This document shows positions 1-12,425 of a DNA stretch of 64,000 bases, piece after piece; within the stretch, counting starts at the first letter, position 1; each line of letters begins with the position of its first letter. The position numbers and the translations under genes were made by a program. Under the pieces are notes generated by a model. It had not been told where the DNA came from and made no database searches. It saw only the letters and a program-made list of their open reading frames with translations. Origin of the DNA: Botryllus schlosseri. Taxonomy: Eukaryota. The stretch is from positions 28,026,001-28,090,000 of the forward strand of contig CM119371.1 of the NCBI GenBank assembly GCA_051294905.1, read 5' to 3'.

Positions 1-915
1 GCACCAAGAAAAACCGTGTGAATTTGTAAAGTAGTTAGAAAACTAAACTATTCCGCTACACTAAAGACTTTGACAATCCGGATTTTGTATGGTGTATACT
101 AATTTTACATTGCGGAGTATTCATTATTATGTAGCTTGTACCTCATGCAAGTAAGTCGGACAAATTCGTCGCATGAACACGACTCTAATGGACATAACGA
201 AATGAAAATTTTGTCAAGTAGATCTTTTTCAGTATGCTAAATGTGATGTTGTTCCATACCGAATAGCACTCGTCAAGGTTATACAAGCATAACCCTGGTT
301 TCAACACTTTTACAGCGATTCTTCTTGCTTCCTATAACATCCCACTCGAAGCCCTCGTTATTAGACTATGATCTCAGCCTGAGCTATGTCTTGAAGCCTA
401 CGGGACTCTGCAAATTGTTTCGATTTAAGGAAGCCCATTTCACTTAATGTATCGATGTCTACGGTACTCTACAAAATTTTCTGATTAATTCTCCCTATGT
501 TAATTTACCATAAGAAAGACAATTTGACTCCTAAAGTCCGAAATACTTGTTCGCTTGAGCTAAGCCGCAGCGCCTGGAGTGGAATTTCATAGTTCTTGTA
601 AAAAGTTGTTTGTACACAATATATGTTTAAGGTAAGTCCTACTCATTCATGATTTCGTCCGAGTTTGTATTTTAGTAGTATATACTAATTTACGATACCG
701 CGTTTGTAACTTATGCAAGTACAGGAATATCATAGTTCTTGAACCGTGCTCAATGCTTAATAGACCATTTTTGCTATTTTTCATTACCATAAGTCATTCT
801 GGACCGCGTAAACGCATTGTACGATATAGATGAAACTTATGCAAATCCTAGGATCCTCATTTTCAAAGTAGCTTAGATATCGAAATAAGCTCTGACTCGC
901 TATTCTCCTCATAGC

Positions 916-972
916 ATGGAATTATCACGAGTATCACCTTCGATCACTGAAGAAAAGGATGAAATACTTTAA
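916..972 (+). pseudogene. Truncated 5' copy of the Bcl-2-family gene (MELSRVSPSITEEKDEIL*), preceded by a copy of its upstream region
   Basis: About 620-970 aligns to about 2480-2825, then diverges at a TAA. Mirror copy at 8248-8304. Confidence 0.8.
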
Positions 973-1179
973 GTAGTACTTAACAGTTTCGGAATATAAA
1001 CTAATCGAAAAATTCGGTAATCAATTTCGCTTAGGCTATGCATACAAATGAGGAAAGTTACATCAACGCGTGTTAACGAGTTTTATCGAGTTATCGAATG
1101 ATTTTTTTCTTACATCAAAATAACTAAAATGTGTAACTACATTAAAACGTATCTAAATGAGCTCCAGGGCATTGCGATT

Positions 1180-2210
1180 ATGCAGCATACCAAATTGCAT
1201 CACACATTTCATGATGTAACAACTTTAAAACTAACGCAGTTCTATAGCAACTTTTGCCTAAATCTGTTTTCGGTAGCGTGTACATATACATAGTCAGCTT
1301 TAATAACAGAATTACCATGCTAATATGTGACTCCTCACCTTGAAACTTGGTACGTAGTTGTAGTGTTTATGCAGTATACCAAATTTCCTCACGCATTTCA
1401 TAATGGAACAACTTTAAAACTATCGCGGCTCTACATCAACTTTTTGCGTACATCTGTTTTGCGGGAGCGTATAGCACGTACCTATACATAGTCAACTTTA
1501 ATAACGGAATTACCATGCTTAACATTGCATCCCAACTCTAAACTTGATACGTAGTTGTAGGACATTATGGCAATGCACCATGCTAAATTTCATCACACAT
1601 CTAATGATGGAACACCTTTAAAACTAACGCAGTCGAATACCGACTTTTACGCATATCTGTTTTGCGTGAACATAGCATATACCTATCCATATTCAATTTT
1701 AATAGCAGAATTACCGTGTTAAACATTGAATTCCCACCGTGGAAGTTGGTACGCGGTTATAGGACAGTATAACAATGAACCATACCAAATTCCATCACAC
1801 ATTTCATGATGCTGGAACAACTTTAAAACTAACGCGGCTCTACATCGACTTTTTGCGTACATCTGTTTTGCGGGAGCGTATAGCACGTACCTATACATAG
1901 TCAACTTTAATAACGGAATTACCATGCTTAACATTGAATCCCAAGTCCAAACTTGATACGTAGTTGTAGGATATTATGGCAATGCACCATGCTAAATTTC
2001 ATCACACATCTAATGATGGAACACCTTTAAAACTAACGCAGTCGAATACCGACTTTTACGCATATCTGTTTTGCGTGGACATAGCATATACCTATACATA
2101 GTCAATTTTAATAGCAGAATTACCGTGTTAAACATTGAACTCCTACCTTGGAAGTTGGTACGCGGTTATAGGACATTATAACAATGCACCATACCAAATC
2201 CCATCACACA
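1180..2210. repeat. Tandem satellite, ~204-bp unit, ~5 copies, with alternating A/B variants (~408-bp dimer)
   Basis: The motif aaaacta(a/t)cgc recurs near 1227, 1416, 1620, 1825 and 2028. Mirror array at about 7010-8040. Confidence 0.9.
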
Positions 2211-2770
2211 AAAACTCGTAGATACTCAAGTAGAAGGCGCACCCATAAATATATACTCGACTGCAAGTGGAAGTCGTGATTCTCAAGTAAGCAAAATGTA
2301 AGTATTCATGAGTTGGTTTAAATGAAGATTGTCAAGTATAAGTAGCATAAACATCATATTTGTAGTAGCATGTCCTCAAGATATTTTCAGTTCGGTCTAA
2401 TTTCACGCTGCTTACCAATTTACAAGCCGCAGTGCGAATTAGCATTCATAGAAATTGTACATAATTTTTGCATGTCGGGTGTTTAAGGTAATTCCTACGC
2501 ATTCATGATTTCGTCCGAGTTTGTATTTTAGTAATAATTTACGATACCGCGTTTGTAACTTGTGTAAGTAGGCCTTCAGGAATATCATAGTTCTTGAACC
2601 GTGCTCAATGCTCAATAGACCATTTTTGCTATTTTTCATCCCCATAAGTCATTCTGAATCGCGTAAACGCATCGTACGATATAGATGAAAGTTATGCAAA
2701 TCCTAGGATCCTCATTTTCAAAGTAGCCTAGATCTCGAAATAAGCTCTGACTCGCTATTTTCCTCAAAGC

Positions 2771-3640
2771 ATGGAATTACCACGAGTATCACCTTCGATC
2801 GCTGAAGAAAAGGATGAGATTATATCCGAAGCACATTCCTTGACCAGGAATTTTATCATGTACGAACTCGATGGCTCATGCGTTAAGGTAAATACGAAAG
2901 CAGAGAGAACCTTACGTCGAGTCGGGGATGAAATGTTCGAGCGACATCGAACTGTCCTAAACGCAGTCTCCAAACGTCTCCGCTATAGCGATGTCGAAGT
3001 CAATGAAAAATATAAAGAATATTCACCCGATGAGCGAATGTTCCTGATGATAGCTGATGAAATTTGCAAAGATACCAAAGAAAATTGGGGCAGGATTGTC
3101 GCCCTTTTTGTGTTCGGTAGCATTCTTGCTCGCAAGAACGAGGATGAACATCATGGGGAGCATATAGAAGCTATCATACAGACAGTCGGAAATTACATTG
3201 CTAGCAGAAGACTAAAGTGGATAGTGCGAAATGGAGGATGGGTGGGTGATTTACATGCTTTGCTTAGGATTTATAAATTATCTTTTAGCATGAGATATAT
3301 AGTGTATCCGCTCCCCAGAGCCCATATCATCTCTCGATGATGAAACTCAGCTTTACCTTCCAATTCGGTTCCCGATACGATAACTTTCATCCGTATGATC
3401 ATTAAGGCTTCTATTTTTGTTGTAGGATGGCTTTGTAGAATTCTTTGATAATACCGCTTTCGACTACAATAAAGTTTGGAAGGGACTCGTGTTTGTCGGG
3501 ATCGGACTGACATCTATTGCAATGGCATTATCAAGATAATGGATGTTCGCGTGTTTTGTCTCATGTAATATTTTAAGAATAAAATTCTTCATCGTTTAAT
3601 TGCATCCATTTTACTGTAGGACCTATACAGTTTCTTCTGA
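2771..3640 (+). CDS. Bcl-2 family apoptosis regulator; exon 1 2771-3241, predicted exon 2 3620-3640 (163 aa)
   Basis: BH3 TLRRVGDEM, BH1 NWGRIVALFVFG, BH2 WIVRNGGW. A GT donor follows GGW, which is the conserved BH2 intron position, and the AG at 3618-3619 restores GGW-DLYSFF*. Confidence 0.9.
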
Positions 3641-3997
3641 GAATACTCGAAGGATTGTACCCATATGGAAACCTTCTTTATACTTTTATTTTTTCTAATT
3701 TCTACAGCTACGTAAGGAAATTGTTAGGATTACCCAGAATACATTGCAGGTCAAATTTGATTCAATTACGAGCATTATAGCGACAGAGATTTACGATAGT
3801 GTAAAATGACCTACCTTACGATATCAAATTTCGTCTTCTCTCCGAGTGGAAATCTCATGTTATATAATATTGTCCATACCGAACAAATATAAATTTGCCT
3901 GTGCTGTTGCTTTGCAAGAATACTTCGCTCACATAGTAACCAATTTCTGGTGGATCCCGAATCGATATAGACAGAAGTGCGGAAAGTTACATTGACA

Positions 3998-4472
3998 TGT
4001 CTTAACTTCTGCCATAGAAGTTGCGTTTCTGACTACTTAAAAGTTGCTAGAGCTCACGCTGTTTTATCGTCGTATTGACGTTCGTTTTGAAAAGTATAGC
4101 ATGCTCAATGGTTCATGTTCACATTATACAGTTAATTAGGTTTTGCGCAAAGAAAAATAAAATTCACGCAAAAGTCGCTATTGCTCCGCGATGATTTTGA
4201 TGTTGTTCCATGCCGATTTGGGAGGTAGTACACTTTGTCTTAACTTCTGCCATAGAAGTTGCGTTTCTGACTACTTAAAAGTTGCTAGAGCTCACGCTGT
4301 TTTATCGTCGTATTGATGTTCGTTTTGAAAAGTAGCATGCTCAATGGTTCATGTTCACATTATTCAGTTTAATTAGGTTTAGCGCAAAGAAAAATAAAAT
4401 TCACGCAAAAGTCGCTATTGCTCCGCGATGATTTTGATGTTGTTCCATGCCGATTTGGGAGGTAGTACACTT
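3998..4472. repeat. Two tandem copies of a ~238-bp unit (mirror at 4748-5222)
   Basis: tgtcttaacttctgccatagaag occurs at about 3998 and 4236 with colinear continuation. Confidence 0.9.
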
Positions 4473-5579
4473 AATTTCGTAAAGTACGCATATTCGCGGC
4501 GTGTTCAATTAACTCATGTGGCTCTAAAATGTAGTAAGCAGGGTGATGGGTATTCGTTGAGTTGAATAACCATAAAAAATATTCCCGCGCCCTAGGTTGT
4601 AGGGGTTAGGAATAGTTGGGTTTAGGAGGGCGCGGGAATATTTTTTATGGTTATTCAACTCAACGAATACCCATCACCCTGCTTACTACATTTTAGAGCC
4701 ACATGAGTTAATTGAACACGCCGCGAATATGCGTACTTTACGAAATTAAGTGTACTACCTCCCAAATCGGCATGGAACAACATCAAAATCATCGCGGAGC
4801 AATAGCGACTTTTGCGTGAATTTTATTTTTCTTTGCGCTAAACCTAATTAAACTGAATAATGTGAACATGAACCATTGAGCATGCTACTTTTCAAAACGA
4901 ACATCAATACGACGATAAAACAGCGTGAGCTCTAGCAACTTTTAAGTAGTCAGAAACGCAACTTCTATGGCAGAAGTTAAGACAAAGTGTACTACCTCCC
5001 AAATCGGCATGGAACAACATCAAAATCATCGCGGAGCAATAGCGACTTTTGCGTGAATTTTATTTTTCTTTGCGCAAAACCTAATTAACTGTATAATGTG
5101 AACATGAACCACTGAGCATGCTATACTTTTCAAAACGAACGTCAATACGACGATAAAACAGCGTGAGCTCTAGCAACTTTTAAGTAGTCAGAAACGCAAC
5201 TTCTATGGCAGAAGTTAAGACATGTCAATGTAACTTTCCGCACTTCTGTCTATATCGATTCGGGATCCACCAGAAATTGGTTACTATGTGAGCGAAGTAT
5301 TCTTGCAAAGCAACAGCACAGGCAAATTTATATTTGTTCGGTATGGACAATATTATATAACATGAGATTTCCACTCGGAGAGAAGACGAAATTTGATATC
5401 GTAAGGTAGGTCATTTTACACTATCGTAAATCTCTGTCGCTATAATGCTCGTAATCGAATCAAATTTGACCTGCAATGTATTCTGGGTAATCCTAACAAT
5501 TTCCTTACGTAGCTGTAGAAATTAGAAAAATTAAAAGTATAAAGAAGGTTTCCATATGGGTACAATCCTTCGAGTATTC

Positions 5580-6449
5580 TCAGAAGAAACTGTATAGGTC
5601 CTACAGTAAAATGGATGCAATTAAACGATGAAGAATTTTATTCTTAAAATATTACATGAGACAAAACACGCGAACATCCATTATCTTGATAATGCCATTG
5701 CAATAGATGTCAGTCCGATCCCGACAAACACGAGTCCCTTCCAAACTTTATTGTAGTCGAAAGCGGTATTATCAAAGAATTCTACAAAGCCATCCTAAAA
5801 CAAAAATAGAAGCCTTAATGATCATACGGATGAAAGTTATCGTATCGGGAACCGAATTGGAAGGTAAAGCTGAGTTTCATCATCGAGAGATGATATGGGC
5901 TCTGGGGAGCGGATACACTATATATCTCATGCTAAAAGATAATTTATAAATCCTAAGCAAAGCATGTAAATCACCCACCCATCCTCCATTTCGCACTATC
6001 CACTTTAGTCTTCTGCTAGCAATGTAATTTCCGACTGTCTGTATGATAGCTTCTATATGCTCCCCATGATGTTCATCCTCGTTCTTGCGAGCAAGAATGC
6101 TACCGAACACAAAAAGGGCGACAATCCTGCCCCAATTTTCTTTGGTATCTTTGCAAATTTCATCAGCTATCATCAGGAACATTCGCTCATCGGGTGAATA
6201 TTCTTTATATTTTTCATTGACTTCGACATCGCTATAGCGGAGACGTTTGGAGACTGCGTTTAGGACAGTTCGATGTCGCTCGAACATTTCATCCCCGACT
6301 CGACGTAAGGTTCTCTCTGCTTTCGTATTTACCTTAACGCATGAGCCATCGAGTTCGTACATGATAAAATTCCTGGTCAAGGAATGTGCTTCGGATATAA
6401 TCTCATCCTTTTCTTCAGCGATCGAAGGTGATACTCGTGGTAATTCCAT
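5580..6449 (-). CDS. Bcl-2 family gene, mirror copy; exon 1 6449-5979, predicted exon 2 5600-5580
   Basis: Encodes the same protein as the 2771-3640 copy. Confidence 0.9.
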
Positions 6450-9219
6450 GCTTTGAGGAAAATAGCGAGTCAGAGCTTATTTCGAGATCTAGGCTACTTT
6501 GAAAATGAGGATCCTAGGATTTGCATAACTTTCATCTATATCGTACGATGCGTTTACGCGATTCAGAATGACTTATGGGGATGAAAAATAGCAAAAATGG
6601 TCTATTGAGCATTGAGCACGGTTCAAGAACTATGATATTCCTGAAGGCCTACTTACACAAGTTACAAACGCGGTATCGTAAATTATTACTAAAATACAAA
6701 CTCGGACGAAATCATGAATGCGTAGGAATTACCTTAAACACCCGACATGCAAAAATTATGTACAATTTCTATGAATGCTAATTCGCACTGCGGCTTGTAA
6801 ATTGGTAAGCAGCGTGAAATTAGACCGAACTGAAAATATCTTGAGGACATGCTACTACAAATATGATGTTTATGCTACTTATACTTGACAATCTTCATTT
6901 AAACCAACTCATGAATACTTACATTTTGCTTACTTGAGAATCACGACTTCCACTTGCAGTCGAGTATATATTTATGGGTGCGCCTTCTACTTGAGTATCT
7001 ACGAGTTTTTGTGTGATGGGATTTGGTATGGTGCATTGTTATAATGTCCTATAACCGCGTACCAACTTCCAAGGTAGGAGTTCAATGTTTAACACGGTAA
7101 TTCTGCTATTAAAATTGACTATGTATAGGTATATGCTATGTCCACGCAAAACAGATATGCGTAAAAGTCGGTATTCGACTGCGTTAGTTTTAAAGGTGTT
7201 CCATCATTAGATGTGTGATGAAATTTAGCATGGTGCATTGCCATAATATCCTACAACTACGTATCAAGTTTGGACTTGGGATTCAATGTTAAGCATGGTA
7301 ATTCCGTTATTAAAGTTGACTATGTATAGGTACGTGCTATACGCTCCCGCAAAACAGATGTACGCAAAAAGTCGATGTAGAGCCGCGTTAGTTTTAAAGT
7401 TGTTCCAGCATCATGAAATGTGTGATGGAATTTGGTATGGTTCATTGTTATACTGTCCTATAACCGCGTACCAACTTCCACGGTGGGAATTCAATGTTTA
7501 ACACGGTAATTCTGCTATTAAAATTGAATATGGATAGGTATATGCTATGTTCACGCAAAACAGATATGCGTAAAAGTCGGTATTCGACTGCGTTAGTTTT
7601 AAAGGTGTTCCATCATTAGATGTGTGATGAAATTTAGCATGGTGCATTGCCATAACGTCCTACAACTACGTATCAAGTTTAGAGTTGGGATGCAATGTTA
7701 AGCATGGTAATTCCGTTATTAAAGTTGACTATGTATAGGTACGTGCTATACGCTCCCGCAAAACAGATGTACGCAAAAAGTTGATGTAGAGCCGCGATAG
7801 TTTTAAAGTTGTTCCATTATGAAATGCGTGAGGAAATTTGGTATACTGCATAAACAATACAACTACGTACCAAGTTTCAAGGTGAGGAGTCACATATTAG
7901 CATGGTAATTCTGTTATTAAAGCTGACTATGTATATGTACACGCTACCGAAAACAGATTTAGGCAAAAGTTGCTATAGAACTGCGTTAGTTTTAAAGTTG
8001 TTACATCATGAAATGTGTGATGCAATTTGGTATGCTGCATAATCGCAATGCCCTGGAGCTCATTTAGATACGTTTTAATGTAGTTACACATTTTAGTTAT
8101 TTTGATGTAAGAAAAAAATCATTCGATAACTCGATAAAACTCGTTAACACGCGTTGATGTAACTTTCCTCATTTGTATGCATAGCCTAAGCGAAATTGAT
8201 TACCGAATTTTTCGATTAGTTTATATTCCGAAACTGTTAAGTACTACTTAAAGTATTTCATCCTTTTCTTCAGTGATCGAAGGTGATACTCGTGATAATT
8301 CCATGCTATGAGGAGAATAGCGAGTCAGAGCTTATTTCGATATCTAAGCTACTTTGAAAATGAGGATCCTAGGATTTGCATAAGTTTCATCTATATCGTA
8401 CAATGCGTTTACGCGGTCCAGAATGACTTATGGTAATGAAAAATAGCAAAAATGGTCTATTAAGCATTGAGCACGGTTCAAGAACTATGATATTCCTGTA
8501 CTTGCATAAGTTACAAACGCGGTATCGTAAATTAGTATATACTACTAAAATACAAACTCGGACGAAATCATGAATGAGTAGGACTTACCTTAAACATATA
8601 TTGTGTACAAACAACTTTTTACAAGAACTATGAAATTCCACTCCAGGCGCTGCGGCTTAGCTCAAGCGAACAAGTATTTCGGACTTTAGGAGTCAAATTG
8701 TCTTTCTTATGGTAAATTAACATAGGGAGAATTAATCAGAAAATTTTGTAGAGTACCGTAGACATCGATACATTAAGTGAAATGGGCTTCCTTAAATCGA
8801 AACAATTTGCAGAGTCCCGTAGGCTTCAAGACATAGCTCAGGCTGAGATCATAGTCTAATAACGAGGGCTTCGAGTGGGATGTTATAGGAAGCAAGAAGA
8901 ATCGCTGTAAAAGTGTTGAAACCAGGGTTATGCTTGTATAACCTTGACGAGTGCTATTCGGTATGGAACAACATCACATTTAGCATACTGAAAAAGATCT
9001 ACTTGACAAAATTTTCATTTCGTTATGTCCATTAGAGTCGTGTTCATGCGGCGAATTTGTCCGACTTACTTGCATGAGGTACAAGCTACATAATAATGAA
9101 TACTCCGCAATGTAAAATTAGTATACACCATACAAAATCCGGATTGTCAAAGTCTTTAGTGTAGCGGAATAGTTTAGTTTTCTAACTACTTTACAAATTC
9201 ACACGGTTTTTCTTGGTGC

Positions 9220-11560
9220 GTTCCAGGATAAATGCAATTTTTTCGCGCTTTTTTATTTTTTCAATTAAATTGGAGCTACTGTATATTATTAATCGCCTAT
9301 ATTTAAATTCGGTGTGCTAATGCGTTGAGGTTGAAGCTAAACATCCTATTTCATGCGGCCAAGAAGACTAGCACCGCGTATCCGAATTTAGCATACCGAA
9401 AAATATCTACTTTACAAAATTTTCATTTCTTTATGTCCCTTAGAGTCGTGTTCATGCGACGAATTTGCCCGACTTACTTGCATGAATTACAAGCTACATA
9501 ATACAACTAGTTAACACGCGTTGATGTAACGTTCCTCATTTGTATGCATAGCCTACGCGAAATTGGATGATATTTGAAGGCGAAGAACTAACGAAATTTA
9601 AAAATAGCAAAAATAAATCGAAAATTTGCGAAGTCCTACCTTGCAATATTTCAGTTTTACAAATTACCCTCGAAGTGAACCAGCATGTTGGATATTATCG
9701 AAACGATTTCTCATGTCGCGTTCCGGGATAAAATGTAGTTTTTCGCTCTTTTTTATTTTTATTTAAATTAGTATTCATTTTACAAAAAACGTCGTGTAAA
9801 GGTGAAGTACTTGTACATTTCGTAGTGCTCAAGTATAAGTTTTTTGCGTAAAGTCTATCTTGCATTTAGTTGTCAGCTCTGAAAGCAAGCAAAGTTTGTG
9901 TATTTGCGCAACATCGAAATTTGTACACTTCACGCTTATCTTATGTCGAAAACATAAGCTAGTTAACAATCTTTCGAATCGTATTTATTTTTAAAAAACC
10001 TAAATATGCCGCATCAAAACTTCGTAAATTTTTTCGATTAGTTTTTTCGTTTCTATCTACTTTAAAAGACTCATTCAGACCTCGAACCTACGCGAACACT
10101 TGTTCATTGGAACTTACGTCCAACGCCAAAAGCTCTACTTTACAAAATTTTCGGAGTACCGACTTTTTTGGGTAAATTCTGTGATGCGCTTAGTTACCAA
10201 CTCAGAAAGCAAGAAAAAGTTGTGGTATTTGATCAACATGGAAATTCGTCAACTTTGCGTTTAGGTTATGTTGAAAACATGAGTTACTTAACAACATTTC
10301 GACTCATAGGTGTGGATAATTCACCGTACATAGTATTAAAGTCATTAATGCATCGGTCGCAATTCTGCTCGAATACAAGTACAAGTAGAGATTTCAAAGT
10401 TAGTGGGCTTTTTTATTTTTATTTTTTCATTAAAATTGGAGCTACTGTATATTATTTATCGCCTATATTTAAATTCGGTTTGCTAATGCGTTGAGGTTGA
10501 AGCTAAAACATCCTATTTCATGCGGCCAAGAAGACTAGCACCGCGTAGCCGAATTTAGCATACCGAAAAATATCTACTTTACAAAATTTTCATTTCTTTA
10601 TGTCCATTAGAGTCGTGTTCATGCGACGAATTTGTCCGACTTACTTGCATGAATTACAAGCTACATAATACAACTAGTTAACACGCGTTGATGTAACGTT
10701 CCTCATCTGTATGCATAGCCTACGCGAAATTGGTTACCGAATTTTTCGATTAGTTTATTTAAAACTGAAACTGTTAAGTACTACTAAAAGTGTTATAAAA
10801 TGTGAAAAAGTGTACAAGTAGAATTAATATTATGTCATGAATAAGTAGTTTACAAATTCATACGATTTTTCTTGTTGCGTTCCGGGATAAAATGTAATTT
10901 TTCGCTCTTTTTTTCCTATTTTTTATTAAAATTAGTATTCATTTTACAAAAATGTCGTGTTTTGACTTTTGAAAATGGAAAATGCGTGAGCTGGACTAAC
11001 TTTTACGTAGTTCGAAATCGCTACTTCTATACATTATTTCAAAGTATTTGTCAGTCATCGCGGCACCGCTCATATTGCGCACCATCTATTAATTTCACGG
11101 ATAACAAATTACTCCTGCTTTTATCAGAGGATACTTTCCTAGGGTTTGCCTACTAACAGTACTTAGTTTAGATTATTGAAAAATATAGTGATTGAAAATA
11201 GATCACTGGATTATAGTTTACAGAAAACTCCACAATTCTATGTGACGTCCTTGCATGCCAACAACCTACTATTCGCCACCTCATAAACACTTGAGTAGGC
11301 CTACATTTGATGCGTGTGGGGAAAACCTAGGTAAATTTTCATATGCATTTAGTTTCCAGCTCTGAAAGCAAGCTTGGTATATGATCAATAGCAACTTTTG
11401 CGTGAACTCCGTTCTATTTCACTTCATACCTACACAATGTAGATAGTCTATTCGAATAATTCGATGTATAATTGAACTTTCCTCTGCATGATCATCAGGG
11501 CTTCTATTTTTTGTTGCAGGGCAACTTTGTTGTAGCCGAAAGCGGTATTATCTAGCAACA
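9220..11560. repeat. Patchwork of direct copies of palindrome-arm modules
   Basis: 9250-9570 matches 10410-10730; 10680-10790 matches 8143-8250; 11480-11550 resembles the Bcl-2 intron (about 3385-3470). Confidence 0.8.
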
Positions 11561-11639
11561 AGGTTTAAATGACTCGCCTCCGGCGTTTATTGACCGTATT
11601 ACCCTATTCTCGTCATGCAAAAATTATGCATGTATTAGT

Positions 11640-11935
11640 ATGAAGCTCAGATGCTGCAAAGTGTGTGAGACTGCCTGTAAATGGTGCGAAGCAGCGACTC
11701 TAATTTCCCGACTTATAGCAAACAACGACGCTGAAATTTTACTTCAGACGCAGCAAAGTGTGTGAGACCGCCTGTAAAATTGCGCGAAGGTACATTTCTC
11801 GGCTTATAACAAATAACGACGCTGAAATTCTACTTCAGATGCAGTAAAGTTAATGCGTTTGGCTATATAAATTGCGCGAAGGTGCATTTCTCGGCTTATA
11901 GCGAATAACGACGCTGAAACTCTACTTCAGATACA
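11640..11935. repeat. ~91-bp tandem repeat, ~3 copies
   Basis: aacgacgctgaaa..tacttcaga occurs near 11724, 11815 and 11906. Confidence 0.8.
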
Positions 11936-12261
11936 GCAAATGCGGCAAACAAAACGGTCAGATCGAACGCAAGAACTCGGATCGCAGCGTCGGATGGCAG
12001 CAAAGCGGTGTACCTCGAAACATCAACCGATCTGGAGGATTTCAGCACGCGAATCGACGCAATGACGATCAACGATATCATTGATATGCTCTTTTTTCGA
12101 AATAAAATGAACTCGTACACTATACAATGCTATTTCAATGAGACTGAGTAAAGTGTTAGAAGATACGAAAAGCGCGGAATAGTATGACATGTGGTGACTA
12201 TAGGGTTCGAACCTACAACCTAGATCAGGCGCTGTGCGTCATATAGATGCTGCAATCAATG

Positions 12262-12425
12262 CGGTGATGATGTGGCAATGGATGATGTGGCACTATAGGT
12301 GTGGGGCTTGATGATGTGACACAGATGAATGTGGCAGGTGATGTGGCAATGGGCGGATGATGTGGCAATAGGTGTGCTATAGGTGCGGCAATGGGCGGAT
12401 GATGTGGCAATGTAGGCGTGGCAAT
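12262..12425. repeat. Degenerate minisatellite (gatgatgtggcaatgg-type)
   Basis: Repeated gatgtggca motif; it also generates His/Pro-rich spurious ORFs. Confidence 0.8.

Larger units (their letters stand above)
1..9219. repeat. Giant inverted repeat: left arm 1-4593 (runs to the window edge), spacer 4594-4626, right arm 4627-9219
   Basis: The window start gcaccaagaaaaaccgtg is the reverse complement of the sequence ending at 9219. Mirrored ORFs all sum to 9220. Seven substitutions between arms were seen by eye, with no net indel. Confidence 0.98.

Noticed and set aside
1180..2210. Regularly spaced repeats as a CRISPR array
   Set aside because: Whole ~204-bp units repeat with no unique spacers, there are no cas genes, and the context is eukaryotic.
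3242..3340. C-terminal extension VGDLHALL... of the 189-aa ORF
   Set aside because: It starts at a GT donor in the conserved BH2 intron position, so it is most likely intron read-through.
4594..4626. Telomere-telomere fusion scar
   Set aside because: A head-to-head fusion should show TTAGGG switching to CCCTAA; only a short degenerate G strand is present.
12190..12225. tRNA gene (GGTTCGAACCC...CACCA on the minus strand)
   Set aside because: Only a T-arm/3' half is evident. The 12-mer ctaggttgtagg it shares with the palindrome centre may be chance.
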